Shown: positions 36,206 through 46,730, numbered from the stretch's first letter. The stretch is DNA of 54,754 bases from an uncultured Bifidobacterium sp. (GCA_964638795.1 CAZXAX010000001.1:1-54754), one strand, 5' to 3'. Translations and numbers: made by a program. Notes: generated by a model from the sequence alone, not told the origin.

Positions 36206-38824
36206 ATGAGTAAGCACCCAACCTCGGCAAACGATCTGCGTAAGGCATTTTCGGGATACTTCGCCGACAGGGGGCACACGGTAGTGCCTTCGGCATCGCT
36301 AATCCCGCATGATCCGACCATTCTTTTCACGGTCGCAGGAATGGTTCCGTTCAAGCCCTATTTCACTGGCGACGAAGTGGCCCCATACCCACGTGCTGTG
36401 AGTGTGCAGAAGTGCGCGCGCGCCGGCGGAAAACACAATGACTTGGATGATGTGGGTCGCACTAAGCGCCACCTTGTGTTTTTTGAGATGCTCGGCAATT
36501 TTTCCTTCGGCGACTATTTCAAAGAGGACTCAATCAAATGGTCATGGGATCTCGTGACCGAAGTCTTTGGGCTCGATGGCGACAAGCTCTGGATAACAGT
36601 GCATGAAAGTGATGATGAGGCTGAACAGATTTGGCGCGACACCGTGGGTGTGCGCCCAGATCGCATTCAGCGTCTTGGTGATAAGGACAACTTCTGGCAG
36701 ATGGGTGAGACCGGGCCGTGCGGCCCGTGTTCGGAAATACACATTGATCGCGGGGCTGCATTTGGACCCGATGGTGGCCCGCTAAATGATCCGCACGGTG
36801 ACCGTTTCCTTGAATTCTGGAACCTGGTATTCATGCAGTACAACCAGGCCAAAGACGGCTCACGAGAGCGACTCCCCAAACCTTCTATTGACACCGGTGC
36901 GGGACTCGAGCGAATCCTCACTCTTTTGCAGGGTGTTGATTCGGTGTGGGAGAGCGATGTGCTCGCACCACTGGTGGATCGTGCAGCCTCTATAACCGGC
37001 TCTAAATATCGGCCCGGCGACTACGAAGATCGTTCAAGTTTCTCTTTGCGGGTGTTAGCAGAGCATGCACGGTCGTCCACGATGCTCGTTAATGACGGTG
37101 TATTTCCTTCAAACGAGAACCGCGGTTACGTACTGCGTCGAATTATTCGCCGTGCGGTTCGCCACGCATATCTTTTGGGTACCGAGAAACTTGTGATGCC
37201 ATCGCTTGTTGAAACTGCGATTGGAGTAATGGGTGAGGCGTACCCGGATCTGCGTGCCAATCAAGATTTCATTCTCGAAGTACTAACCAAGGAAGAGGAA
37301 CGCTTCCGGCACACGCTCACTACTGGAATGGGCATTCTTGAACACGAGATGGAATCCGCAGGAAGCAATGGTCTAAGTGGCAAGACCGCATTCTTGTTGC
37401 ACGACACTTACGGATTTCCACTTGAGCTGACCACAGAGATCGCTGGAGAGCGCGGGGTAGGCGTTGATCTCGCGGGTTTTGAATCCGAGATGACCGAGCA
37501 ACGTGAGCGAGCCAAGGCAGCACGTAAGTCCGGAGCGGTTGACGAAAAATCACAGACTCTGTACCGCGCGTTAGTGGAAAAGCTCGGTGCCACGGTTTTT
37601 GTTGGCTATACAACCACCGAAGCGAAAGGCACGGTGGTTGCGGTGCACGAACACGCAGCTGATCCGGATCTAATCGAAGTTTTCCTGGACTCAACTCCTT
37701 TTTACGCAGAAAGCGGTGGCCAGGTTGGTGATACGGGCCAGCTAGTCACCGATTCGGGCGCACTAGAAGTGATTGATACGACCTTTGCGCTACCGGGTCT
37801 CAGAATGCACTTGTGCAAACCCGATCGGGGAGTTGTAACAGTGGGTCAAGTCGCAACTGCGAGTGTTGATAGCGCTCGCCGGCAGGCAATTCGCCGTAAT
37901 CACACCGGCACCCACATTCTGCACTGGGCGCTGCGCGAAGTATTGGGCGATCATGTTAAGCAGGCGGGGTCTCTAGTAGATGACCAGCGGCTGCGCTTCG
38001 ACTTCAGTCATTATGCAGCTGTTACCCCTGAGGAGATTGCGGCAATTGAGCGGCTCGCAAATGCCGAAGTATTGAAAAACTCAAATGTTGAAGCCTTTGA
38101 AACAGCTAAAGATGAAGCCCTTGAAATGGGCGCGATGGCGTTCTTTGGTGACAAGTACGGCGATGTTGTCCGAGTGTTGCGCGCCGGATCATCAATTGAA
38201 CTCTGCGGTGGAACCCATGCCTCGGCAACTGGCGACATCGGAACCATCAAGATTGTTTCTGAGTCATCTATTGGGTCCAATTTGCGACGTGTTGAAGCAG
38301 TTACTGGCGACAACACGATCGCACTGTTGCAACGCCAGGAATCAGAGTTGCGTCAGCTTGGCGAGATGCTTGGATCATCGTCTGCCAATTTGTTTGAGGC
38401 ACTAGAACGCAAACTTGCTGAAGTGCGTTCTTTGCAGGAGGAATTAAAGTCATTCCGCGCTCGGGCTGTAGCGCAACAAGCTTCAGTGATTGCTGCAGGT
38501 GCCAACGGTGGGTTGGTGATTGAACGCATTGACGATCTCGCACCCGGTGATCTAAAGGATCTTGCGGTTGCGGTGCGCCAGGTAGCCGGAGTCAAGGGTG
38601 TCTTTATCGGTGGTGTAGCTGCCACAGGTGGCGTGTCTTTGGTTTGTGCAGTGGATAGCAAGTCGGGAGTTTCAGCAGGCGAGGTCATCAAAGCTTGTGC
38701 TCAGATCGTCGGTGGTGGCGGTGGCGGCAAAGGTGATGTGGCAACTGCTGGCGGCAAAGACGTAACCAAGATTGACGAGGCCTTGGAGACGGCGCGTAAG
38801 AAACTCGCGCCACTTTCCAGTTAG
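36206..38824 (+). CDS. alaS: alanine--tRNA ligase
   Basis: 872 aa. 'HNDLDDVGRTKRHLVFFEMLGNFSFGDYFK', editing site 'HTGTHILHWAL', and a DHHA1 tail 'GGGGGKGDVATAGG'. Confidence 0.97.
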   Translation: MSKHPTSANDLRKAFSGYFADRGHTVVPSASLIPHDPTILFTVAGMVPFKPYFTGDEVAPYPRAVSVQKCARAGGKHNDLDDVGRTKRHLVFFEMLGNFSFGDYFKEDSIKWSWDLVTEVFGLDGDKLWITVHESDDEAEQIWRDTVGVRPDRIQRLGDKDNFWQMGETGPCGPCSEIHIDRGAAFGPDGGPLNDPHGDRFLEFWNLVFMQYNQAKDGSRERLPKPSIDTGAGLERILTLLQGVDSVWESDVLAPLVDRAASITGSKYRPGDYEDRSSFSLRVLAEHARSSTMLVNDGVFPSNENRGYVLRRIIRRAVRHAYLLGTEKLVMPSLVETAIGVMGEAYPDLRANQDFILEVLTKEEERFRHTLTTGMGILEHEMESAGSNGLSGKTAFLLHDTYGFPLELTTEIAGERGVGVDLAGFESEMTEQRERAKAARKSGAVDEKSQTLYRALVEKLGATVFVGYTTTEAKGTVVAVHEHAADPDLIEVFLDSTPFYAESGGQVGDTGQLVTDSGALEVIDTTFALPGLRMHLCKPDRGVVTVGQVATASVDSARRQAIRRNHTGTHILHWALREVLGDHVKQAGSLVDDQRLRFDFSHYAAVTPEEIAAIERLANAEVLKNSNVEAFETAKDEALEMGAMAFFGDKYGDVVRVLRAGSSIELCGGTHASATGDIGTIKIVSESSIGSNLRRVEAVTGDNTIALLQRQESELRQLGEMLGSSSANLFEALERKLAEVRSLQEELKSFRARAVAQQASVIAAGANGGLVIERIDDLAPGDLKDLAVAVRQVAGVKGVFIGGVAATGGVSLVCAVDSKSGVSAGEVIKACAQIVGGGGGGKGDVATAGGKDVTKIDEALETARKKLAPLSS

Positions 38825-38828
38825 CACA

Positions 38829-39287
38829 GTGACCAAATCTTCGGGAATCCGTGCGCTTGGGATCGATCTGGGTTCGAAACGCATTGGAGTTGCCGTTAGT
38901 GACCTCAGTGGCAATATTGCCGGACCATTGACCGTGGTGCAGCGCTCGGGGTCAGAAAAACGTGATCATCAAACCATCCGCCAACTCGTGATTGATGAGG
39001 AAGCTGAGATCATTGTTGTCGGATTGCCTCTTACGATGGCTGGCGAAATCGGTCGCGCGGCACAGGCTGCCATTGCGGAGACCAAAAGGCTGGCTACGGT
39101 CGTTGATGTGCCGGTTGTGACTTTTGATGAGCGTCTGACCACAGTGTCGGCAGAACGCACGCTGCTTGAGGCGAACATGAATGCTCAAGCACGAAGGCGC
39201 GTGGTCGACAAAGTTGCAGCAGCAGTAATGCTGCAGTCGTGGCTTGACGAACGCCAGCATCGCTTGAAGGATTCCGATAATGGCTGA
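38829..39287 (+). CDS. ruvX: YqgF/RuvX putative pre-16S rRNA nuclease
   Basis: GTG 38829 lies just after the alaS stop. 'ALGIDLGSKRIGVAVSD'. The ORF-track start at 38772 lies inside alaS. Confidence 0.9.
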   Translation: MTKSSGIRALGIDLGSKRIGVAVSDLSGNIAGPLTVVQRSGSEKRDHQTIRQLVIDEEAEIIVVGLPLTMAGEIGRAAQAAIAETKRLATVVDVPVVTFDERLTTVSAERTLLEANMNAQARRRVVDKVAAAVMLQSWLDERQHRLKDSDNG

Positions 39288-40470
39288 TGAGGAACGTCGG
39301 TCCTCGATTGATCCATTGATCGCTGTTGATTGGCGTACTGATCCGTGGGACAACCCGCGTTCGACGAACGATCACGAAGAGTTGCCGAACGACTCAGATT
39401 TCCCTCGCTTGCGTCGCTTTGTGCGCACCGCTCTTCCAGTTGCGGTCGTAGCAACATTGATTCTCGGCATAGGTGGTATGTGGTACGTGCGCCAGGTAAA
39501 CCCCTCAGGGCTAGCAACAGTGGCGGCGACCTTCACCGTTAATGAAGGTGACTCACTCGCCAGCGTTAGTGAGAGGCTGAAAGACGAAGGATTGATTTCT
39601 AATGCGTGGGTATTCCGTTTCTATGTAGGACGAAACGGAGGAATTGACTTACAGCCCGGTTACTACGCCATCAAGGCCGATGACCACATGGGCAACATCA
39701 TGCGCATTCTGAACACGCCACCTTCTCAGACCTACCAATCAGTTACCTTCCCAGAAGGATTCACAATCGCCCAGATTGGTGAGCGCTTGGCGGAAAACAC
39801 GAGGCTTGATGCAAAGAAGTTTGTAACGGTCGCAGAGTCCGGCACCATTCGGTCCGTTTATCAGCCTGGGCTCTCATTGTCTCTTGAGGGCTTGTTATTC
39901 CCTGATACATATCAAATCTCTGGCAGCGAGAGTGAAGCACAGGTCACTGAGCGCATGGTGAGGTTGATGGAGCGAGTCGGCCGCCAAGAAGGTCTCGATG
40001 GTGCGCAGGCCAAGGTTGGCTTTGATCCATACCAAGTTCTAATTGTGGCGTCGATGGTTGAGCGGGAGGCGAAGGTCGATGCCGACCGAGCAAAGATCGC
40101 GCGGGTCATCTACAACCGTTTGGCAATGGGGATGTTGCTCCAGATTGATGCGACTCTTCTCTACAAGCAGAATCCAAACCTCAGCTTTGCCGAACTGAAA
40201 GCCATTGACACCTTGTACAACACGTACCTGTATGAGGGGTTGCCGCCAACGCCGATCGCCAATCCCGGACGCGCATCAATTCGAGCAGCGCTGAATCCTG
40301 CGCCAAACCCACCACCTGGTGACCCAATTTGTGTAGATCTGCCACAACCAACAGATTGCCAATACATCTACTACGTAATCGCCGATAAAAACGGCGGGCA
40401 CGTATTCGCTGCAACACTCGAACAGCATGAAGCAAATGTCGAGGAAGCAAGACGCAAAGGTCTGCTTTAG
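39280..40470 (+). CDS. mltG: endolytic murein transglycosylase (YceG family)
   Basis: ATGGCTGA overlap with ruvX. N-terminal TM helix, then a YceG domain with 'LIVASMVEREAK'. Confidence 0.9.
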   Translation: MADEERRSSIDPLIAVDWRTDPWDNPRSTNDHEELPNDSDFPRLRRFVRTALPVAVVATLILGIGGMWYVRQVNPSGLATVAATFTVNEGDSLASVSERLKDEGLISNAWVFRFYVGRNGGIDLQPGYYAIKADDHMGNIMRILNTPPSQTYQSVTFPEGFTIAQIGERLAENTRLDAKKFVTVAESGTIRSVYQPGLSLSLEGLLFPDTYQISGSESEAQVTERMVRLMERVGRQEGLDGAQAKVGFDPYQVLIVASMVEREAKVDADRAKIARVIYNRLAMGMLLQIDATLLYKQNPNLSFAELKAIDTLYNTYLYEGLPPTPIANPGRASIRAALNPAPNPPPGDPICVDLPQPTDCQYIYYVIADKNGGHVFAATLEQHEANVEEARRKGLL

Positions 40471-40472
40471 TA

Positions 40473-41315
40473 GTGGGAGTGGAAACCGACTCGTTACAGG
40501 CGAACGTGGCAGCTGTTATCGGGTGGCCAATCTCGCAGAGTCTCTCTCCAGTAATCCACAACGCAGCTTTTCGTCATCACGGTGACAATTGGAGTTACGT
40601 TGCCTATCCGGTGGAGCCTGGTGATGCCGCCAGCGCGATCGCTACGATGCGAAGCGGGGCGCTGCATGGTCTCAATGTGACAATGCCGCACAAAGATGCA
40701 GTTGCGGATCTTGTCGATGAACTCGATACGTCTGCGGAATCAATTCATGCAGTAAACACCGTGGTCCGCACGAGTGATGGACGCCTGCGTGGCTATTCAA
40801 CCGATGGTGAAGGTTTGCTGCGGGCAATTCGCATCAACGCGAACTGGGATCCTGCAGGAAAGAAAATCTGTGTACTAGGAGCCGGGGGAGCCGCACGTTC
40901 CGCCATTGATGCGTTTTCTCGCGTTGGCGTGGCTTCAATATTCGTGGTCAATCGCACCGCCGAGAAGGCTGAGCAGGCAATTGGTGGTTCCAACGTGGCA
41001 GTTGTCGGCAGCCAAAACAACATTCACGATTGCGACATAGTCTTCAATGCGACCTCAGTCGGGATGGGCACCGATGAATCGTTGGTTGCTGCCGAGCTGC
41101 TGCATGAAGGCCAGCTTGTTATTGATGCGGTTTATCATCCGCTCGAGACACGACTATTGCGTGACGCCAAGTCACATGGAGCGACTGTTCTCGATGGGCT
41201 CTGGATGCTGATCCACCAAGCGTGCGTAGCGCAAGTGCTGTGGTTGGGGCGCGAACCCGACTACCAGGTCATGAGAAATGCAGCCGTTCAGGAACTGGCG
41301 GCACGCGGCAACTAA
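40473..41315 (+). CDS. aroE: shikimate dehydrogenase
   Basis: 'VIGWPISQSLSPVIHNAAF' and the NADP site 'VLGAGGAARS'. Confidence 0.88.
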   Translation: MGVETDSLQANVAAVIGWPISQSLSPVIHNAAFRHHGDNWSYVAYPVEPGDAASAIATMRSGALHGLNVTMPHKDAVADLVDELDTSAESIHAVNTVVRTSDGRLRGYSTDGEGLLRAIRINANWDPAGKKICVLGAGGAARSAIDAFSRVGVASIFVVNRTAEKAEQAIGGSNVAVVGSQNNIHDCDIVFNATSVGMGTDESLVAAELLHEGQLVIDAVYHPLETRLLRDAKSHGATVLDGLWMLIHQACVAQVLWLGREPDYQVMRNAAVQELAARGN

Positions 41316-41325
41316 CCTTAAACAT

Positions 41326-42486
41326 ATGTTGCGTTTTCTAACCGCCGGTGAGTCACATGGCCCAGCTCTTGTGGTCACGGTGGAAGGTCTGCCTGCGGGT
41401 CTGCCCGTGACGGTGGAAGATCTCGGTGTTGACTTAGCGCGCAGGCGCTTGGGGTACGGCCGTGGCCCGAGGCAGCGCTTTGAGGTCGACAAAATCGAGA
41501 TCATTGGTGGCGTACGCCATGGTCGCACTCTTGGTTCGCCAGTCGCAGTTCTAATCCATAACACCGAGTGGTCGCGTAGCGATAAATGGCATGAGGAAAT
41601 GAAGGCGGCACCGGGTGAAACCAAGGATCCATTAACAAAGCCGCGTCCTGGTCATGCTGATTTACCTGGAATGCAAAAGTATGGATTCACCGATGCCCGT
41701 GACGTGCTGGAGCGTGCCAGCGCTCGCGAGACCGCAGCGCGTGTTGTCGCAGGGTCATTGGCGAAACTTTTGTTGTCCCACATTGGTGTTCAGATTGTCT
41801 CGCACGTAATCCAGATCGGAGACGCCCGTGTAACAAGTGGCAGGCGTCCTTTGCCTTCGGAATTGAACGAGGTGGACGCCTCCGAGGTGCGTTGCCTCGA
41901 TCAGTCTGCAGAGCGTGAGATGATCGCAGCGATTAAATCTGCTGCCGCTGAGGGTGATTCACTCGGTGGAATTGTGGAGGTGCTCGGCTACGGCATGCCC
42001 GTTGGTCTTGGGAGCCATGTCCATTGGGATCGCAAGATTGACGCTTTGCTTGCAGCCGCAATCATGAGCATCCAGGCCGTCAAGGGTGTTGAGATCGGTG
42101 ACGCGTTTGAAGTGGCGGGTCGTCGGGGCAGCAATGCACACGATGCGATCTCGTGGGACTCCACCAACAACGAATATGTGCGTGGATCCACCCTTGCGGG
42201 CGGCACTGAGGGTGGAATAACTAATGGTGAACTGCTGGTCGTGCGTGCGGCAATGAAGCCGTTGGCAACGCTCAATCGACCCACACTGGGAACGGTCGAC
42301 GTGGTGACCAAAGAAGAAACTGTGAGTTTCAAAGAGCGAACCGATGTAACGGCAGTGCCTGCGCTAGGTGTTGTAGGCGAGGCAATGGTCGCATTGGTTG
42401 TGGCTGCCGAGGCGCAGCGCAAATTCGGTGGCGACTCGCTCTCAGAATTCGTTCGCAATGCGGTCAATGCCAAGCCGTCGCTCTGA
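41326..42486 (+). CDS. aroC: chorismate synthase
   Basis: 'MLRFLTAGESHGPAL' from ATG 41326. The ORF-track start at 41278 lies inside aroE. Confidence 0.96.
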   Translation: MLRFLTAGESHGPALVVTVEGLPAGLPVTVEDLGVDLARRRLGYGRGPRQRFEVDKIEIIGGVRHGRTLGSPVAVLIHNTEWSRSDKWHEEMKAAPGETKDPLTKPRPGHADLPGMQKYGFTDARDVLERASARETAARVVAGSLAKLLLSHIGVQIVSHVIQIGDARVTSGRRPLPSELNEVDASEVRCLDQSAEREMIAAIKSAAAEGDSLGGIVEVLGYGMPVGLGSHVHWDRKIDALLAAAIMSIQAVKGVEIGDAFEVAGRRGSNAHDAISWDSTNNEYVRGSTLAGGTEGGITNGELLVVRAAMKPLATLNRPTLGTVDVVTKEETVSFKERTDVTAVPALGVVGEAMVALVVAAEAQRKFGGDSLSEFVRNAVNAKPSL

Positions 42487-43027
42487 TCGTCAAGATCGGC
42501 CCGTCGTGGTTCTTGTGGGAATGATGGGTGCAGGCAAGACCTCGGTTGGTCGTGAGCTTGCCGGGCGATCAGAGTTTATTGACCTAGACAAGTTGATTGA
42601 ACAGCAGACCAAGCGCACCATCCGTGAGATTTTTGAAGCAGAAGGTGAAACCGCATTCAGAAAACTCGAATTGCAAGCCCTGCGTGACGCCACGACTTCA
42701 GGCCAGTACAAAGTTGTTTCCACCGGGGGCGGGGTGGTCACCACGTCAGAAGCGCGACAACTTTTGCGAGAAATGGACGCGTTTATTGTTTGGCTAACCG
42801 CATCAAATGAGGAACTCACGCGGCGGGCAACAAAGAGCGGTAATAGACCCCTGCTGGACCATGATCCTGGTGCGAAGATTGAAGAGTTGATGAACCAACG
42901 TGCCCCTATGTATGCCGAAGTTGCGGACTTAACCCTGAATACCCAGGGACTTTCTGTGAAACAGGTTGCGCAATTAATTGAAGAAGCACTGAGACACCAC
43001 GTGGCTGACCGAAAGACCGCACCATGA
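42467..43027 (+). CDS. aroK: shikimate kinase
   Basis: P-loop 'GMMGAGKTSVGREL'. ATG 42467 overlaps the aroC 3' end by 20 nt; ATG 42458 is an alternative start. Confidence 0.92.
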   Translation: MPSRRSDRQDRPVVVLVGMMGAGKTSVGRELAGRSEFIDLDKLIEQQTKRTIREIFEAEGETAFRKLELQALRDATTSGQYKVVSTGGGVVTTSEARQLLREMDAFIVWLTASNEELTRRATKSGNRPLLDHDPGAKIEELMNQRAPMYAEVADLTLNTQGLSVKQVAQLIEEALRHHVADRKTAP

Positions 43028-44046
43028 CCAGTTCCCATACAACTGTCAGAGTTGAACTCGGCGATCGCTCATATGACGTCCTAGTTGGTCACGGCGTGGC
43101 TAACGAAATAGCAGCACAAATTCCAAACAACGTGCAACGCATTGCTGTGGTTACCCAGCCCAGTGTTCCGATTCGAATTGCGCTCCCGGTTGAACACAAG
43201 ATCTTTGAAATCGGCAACGGTGAGTCAGCCAAGTCGCTTGCTACCGTGGAGAAACTGTGTGCCGGTTTTGCCGATATGGGTCTTACTCGCAACGACCTCG
43301 TAATCGGAGTCGGTGGTGGAATGGTCACAGACGTCGCCGGTTTCGCCGCTGCGGTGTTTCACCGCGGTGTACGAGTAATGCACGTGGCAACCACATTGCT
43401 AGCCATGGTTGATGCTGCAATCGGTGGAAAAACAGGCGTGAACTTGTCTGCTGGAAAAAATCTCGTGGGTGCCTTCTGGCAACCGAGTGCTGTGTTTTGC
43501 GAGATGGAAGCGCTAAGTACTTTGCCGCCCGAGCACATGCGGGGTGGCCTTGGGGAGTTGGCCAAGTATCACTTCATCTCGGGTGATGATTTCCTGTCGC
43601 TAGATATTCAGCAGCGAATTGCTCGTGCGGTTCGTGTCAAGGCCGACATCGTCGCAGCTGATGAGCGCGAGTCAGGCCAACGCGCACTGCTCAACTACGG
43701 ACACACATTGGGTCACGCCGTGGAAATCGCGACCAACTTCAAAGTTCAGCATGGCGAAGCTGTAGCTATTGGTCTTGTATATGCCGCTCATCTCGCTGAA
43801 GTGATGGGTCGGATCTCGAATAATCGAGTGAAGGAGCATTACGAAGTGGTCGGGGGCGAGTATGGCTTGACGACCTCCCTGCCAAAGGGGTGCACACCAG
43901 ATGTCCTACTTCCTCTCATTGCGAACGATAAAAAAGCCTTGAATGGACTCACCTTTGTGCTCGATTCGCCCCGTGGTCTTGAGGTGGTTCCGGGTGTGAG
44001 CGAGCAAAAAGTCCGTGAGGCACTCGCCGCAATGGAAGTACGGTAG
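43024..44046 (+). CDS. aroB: 3-dehydroquinate synthase
   Basis: ATGA overlap with aroK. 'GVGGGMVTDVAGFAAA' and 'LNYGHTLGHAVE'. Confidence 0.95.
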   Translation: MTSSHTTVRVELGDRSYDVLVGHGVANEIAAQIPNNVQRIAVVTQPSVPIRIALPVEHKIFEIGNGESAKSLATVEKLCAGFADMGLTRNDLVIGVGGGMVTDVAGFAAAVFHRGVRVMHVATTLLAMVDAAIGGKTGVNLSAGKNLVGAFWQPSAVFCEMEALSTLPPEHMRGGLGELAKYHFISGDDFLSLDIQQRIARAVRVKADIVAADERESGQRALLNYGHTLGHAVEIATNFKVQHGEAVAIGLVYAAHLAEVMGRISNNRVKEHYEVVGGEYGLTTSLPKGCTPDVLLPLIANDKKALNGLTFVLDSPRGLEVVPGVSEQKVREALAAMEVR

Positions 44047-44050
44047 AGGA

Positions 44051-44500
44051 ATGGCCGCCAACAAAAAGACCGTCTTGGTGATTAATGGTCCAAACTTGAA
44101 TCTGCTCGGCCAGCGCCAGCCTGAAATCTATGGAACTGCGACCCTGGAAGACCACATCAATCGCATGGTGGAAATCGGTTCTGCTACTGGGCTTAAGGTC
44201 ACAGCCTTTCAATCCAATTCAAGTGGCGAGATTGTGGACCGCATACATGCCGCGCGCGGCAAAGAAGATGCAATCATCATCAACGCCGGCGCATTCACGC
44301 ATTATGCGTGGAGCATTCACGACGCGTTAGCGGCTTTTGCTGGTCCCAAAATTGAAGTTCATATCTCTAATCCGGCATCACGCGAGGAATGGCGCCAGCA
44401 GAGTGTGCTTGCTCCCGTTGTGAATGGGTCTATCGCGGGCTTTGGCGGTCTTGGATACGATCTTGCTGTGGCGGCGGTCGATTCCTTGTTGAACATCTGA
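44051..44500 (+). CDS. aroQ: type II 3-dehydroquinate dehydratase
   Basis: 'VLVINGPNLNLLGQRQPEIYG' from ATG 44051. Confidence 0.95.
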   Translation: MAANKKTVLVINGPNLNLLGQRQPEIYGTATLEDHINRMVEIGSATGLKVTAFQSNSSGEIVDRIHAARGKEDAIIINAGAFTHYAWSIHDALAAFAGPKIEVHISNPASREEWRQQSVLAPVVNGSIAGFGGLGYDLAVAAVDSLLNI

Positions 44501-44504
44501 CCCA

Positions 44505-45599
44505 ATGTCAATTGCATTCGCACCAATTGACTGCGGTGGTCGGATTGAGACAGTCATTGAGGCGCTTTCGGGTAAGTCGCTGTTAATCGCCGCGGGGCCC
44601 CAGATGCGCTGGCTCACTGGCTTTGCGGGTTCGGCAGGTTGGTTGCTTGCATGCAAAGAGATGAATTACATGTTCATGGATTCGCGTTACACCGAGATTG
44701 CTGGCGAAACCTTGGAGCGGGCAAACGTGAAGGCTGAGATCGTGCATGTGGTTGACCATTCAAAACTCTTTGAGAAAATCGCAAGGTGTGCCAATGGGGT
44801 TCCAGTTGCAATGGATTCATCGGCGACTTCAGTAGCGACCTTCAAAGCGGTTGGGGCTGCATTCGGAAGCGAGCCATCAGTTGTGCCAGATCCCACCGCA
44901 CAATTTCGTCGAGTGAAGACCCCAGCTGAAGTAGCACGCATCGAAGCAGCCGCGACCTGTGCTGATACTGCGCTTTCCAAAGTGCGATCACTTGATTGGA
45001 TCGGCATGTCGGAGCGCGAACTCGCCTCGACCATCGAGATCGAGATAAGGCGCGCAGGCGCAGAGCGTGAGGCTTTTGACACGATCGTTGCTTCTGGTCC
45101 CAATGGATCCAAACCACACCACGAGCCCGGAGATCGACTGATTCAAGAGGGCGATTCGGTGATCATTGATATGGGGGCAATGATTGACGGCTATCACTCA
45201 GACATGACTCGTACTTTTTTTGTCGGTGTACCCGATCCGATTCTCGGAACGGCATATGAAGTGGTACGCAGTGCACAACAAGCAGGAGTCGATGCGGTTC
45301 GTGCCGGTAGCGCACTCTCAGGTGTCGATGCAGCGTGTCGCGAAGTGCTCGCAGCAGCCGGTATTGATCATCTCTTCGTGACGGGTACCGGGCATGGAAT
45401 AGGCCTTGAAATCCATGAAGATCCCTTCATTGGGAAGCGCTCAAAGGGTGAGTTTGTTGTGGGGGATACGGTCACCGTCGAGCCTGGAATCTATTGTGAA
45501 GGGGTCGGTGGAATTCGCATTGAGGACACGGTGCACCTGGAAGCGAATGGACCCCGTCGACTCACACTCACAAGTAAGGATCCCTCATGCCCGCGATAA
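44505..45599 (+). CDS. M24-family Xaa-Pro aminopeptidase/dipeptidase
   Basis: Creatinase-like N-domain plus the metal site 'HGIGLEIHEDP'. It occupies the conserved aroQ-pep-efp position. Confidence 0.88.
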   Translation: MSIAFAPIDCGGRIETVIEALSGKSLLIAAGPQMRWLTGFAGSAGWLLACKEMNYMFMDSRYTEIAGETLERANVKAEIVHVVDHSKLFEKIARCANGVPVAMDSSATSVATFKAVGAAFGSEPSVVPDPTAQFRRVKTPAEVARIEAAATCADTALSKVRSLDWIGMSERELASTIEIEIRRAGAEREAFDTIVASGPNGSKPHHEPGDRLIQEGDSVIIDMGAMIDGYHSDMTRTFFVGVPDPILGTAYEVVRSAQQAGVDAVRAGSALSGVDAACREVLAAAGIDHLFVTGTGHGIGLEIHEDPFIGKRSKGEFVVGDTVTVEPGIYCEGVGGIRIEDTVHLEANGPRRLTLTSKDPSCPR

Positions 45600-46150
45600 C
45601 CACCAACGACTTGAAAAACGGCATCACGCTAGAGATCGACGGCGCGTTGTTCACCGTGATTGAGTTTCAGCATGTGAAGCCGGGCAAGGGCGGCGCATTC
45701 GTGCGTACCAAACTTCGCAACTTGAAGAACGGCAATGTATTTGAAAAAACCTTCAACGCTGGTATTCGAGTCGAGCAAGCGATACTCGATAAGCGCGATA
45801 TGCAGTTTCTCTACAAAGACGGCTCGGATTTCATCTTCATGGACACAGATTCCTACGAACAGATGCAAGTCGCTCCAGTTGCTCTTGGTGAAGCAGCCGA
45901 TTATTTGATCGAAAATGCAATGGCAATCATTGCTACTTATCAAGGCGAGATTGTGAGTGTTGAAATTGCTGCATCAGCAGAATTGACCGTGACTGAAACT
46001 GAACCGGGCGTTCAGGGTGATCGCGTGTCTGGTGCCCGCAAACCAGCAACTCTGGAAACCGGCAAGGTTATCCAGGTGCCCCTGTTCGTGAACATTGGTG
46101 ATCGGGTCAAAGTAGATACCCGCTCCGGCGATTACATCACTCGGGTCTGA
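45587..46150 (+). CDS. efp: elongation factor P
   Basis: 'MPAITTNDLKNG' and the loop 'VKPGKGGAFVRTKLRNL'. 13-nt overlap with the upstream peptidase gene. Confidence 0.97.
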   Translation: MPAITTNDLKNGITLEIDGALFTVIEFQHVKPGKGGAFVRTKLRNLKNGNVFEKTFNAGIRVEQAILDKRDMQFLYKDGSDFIFMDTDSYEQMQVAPVALGEAADYLIENAMAIIATYQGEIVSVEIAASAELTVTETEPGVQGDRVSGARKPATLETGKVIQVPLFVNIGDRVKVDTRSGDYITRV

Positions 46151-46567
46151 GTGCCACGCCACCCGCATAATCCAGAGGAGGACGAGCGCAGTATTGCGCG
46201 CGAACGCGTGCTCTCTCTCATGTATGAAGCCGACTCCAAAGGTGTGAACCTAGGTGAGGTGGTGAAAGGCCAAGTCGTGCCACTTGATTCGTTGGCCGCG
46301 GAGCTAGTCGCTGGAATCGGGGACCGTTACCTCGAATGCGATGAGCTCATTGTTGAGTTTTCGCGGGCTTGGAGCCTTGAGCGCATGCCGATGATGGACC
46401 GCAACATCTTGCGATTGGGAATCTTTGAGCTCAAGCACCGCCTCGAAACACCTGTGGCCGTCGTGATTGATGAGGCAATTGAACTCGCAAAGCGCTTTTC
46501 TACGGACGAGTCGAGTCGATTTGTGAACGGGATCCTCTCAGCCATTGCCAAACGGGTTCGCGCCTGA
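46151..46567 (+). CDS. nusB: transcription antitermination factor NusB
   Basis: GTG start lies directly after the efp stop. 'ARERVLSLMYEAD' and 'VVIDEAIELAKRF'. Confidence 0.93.
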   Translation: MPRHPHNPEEDERSIARERVLSLMYEADSKGVNLGEVVKGQVVPLDSLAAELVAGIGDRYLECDELIVEFSRAWSLERMPMMDRNILRLGIFELKHRLETPVAVVIDEAIELAKRFSTDESSRFVNGILSAIAKRVRA

Positions 46568-46605
46568 CTACAATTCACCCGACAACAAAACCTGTCGTGA
46601 AGCGG

Positions 46606-46628
46606 GTCCCGTGAGGCCCAGACGGAGG
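46606..46628 (+). promoter_or_regulatory. PyrR-binding-loop-like element overlapping a GGAGG Shine-Dalgarno
   Basis: GTCCCGTGAGGC (46606-46617) matches the GUCCAGAGAGGC core of the PyrR box at 10/12 positions. A local stem CCGT (46609-46612) / ACGG (46622-46625) reaches into the SD GGAGG (46624-46628). Confidence 0.45.
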
Positions 46629-46634
46629 AAATTA

Positions 46635-46730
46635 ATGAAAACGATGCTTTGGGCGCCTGCATGCGGGTCGCCCTTTTATTTTGCGCCACAGTCGTGTGCG
46701 CTCGGTGAATCTCTGAATCTGTACCCGTGA
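46635..46730 (+). CDS. putative 31-codon pyr leader ORF (MKTMLWAPACGSPFYFAPQSCALGESLNLYP)
   Basis: ATG lies 6 nt after GGAGG. The ORF spans the terminator hairpin, and its stop TGA (46728-46730) overlaps the pyrR start (GTGATG). Coding status is unproven. Confidence 0.3.
   Translation: MKTMLWAPACGSPFYFAPQSCALGESLNLYP
46651..46682 (+). terminator. intrinsic terminator / attenuator hairpin in the nusB-pyrR spacer
   Basis: GGGCGCCTG (46651-46659) pairs with CGGGTCGCCC (46664-46673), giving about 9 bp with one bulged T. TTTTATTTT follows at 46674-46682. Confidence 0.55.
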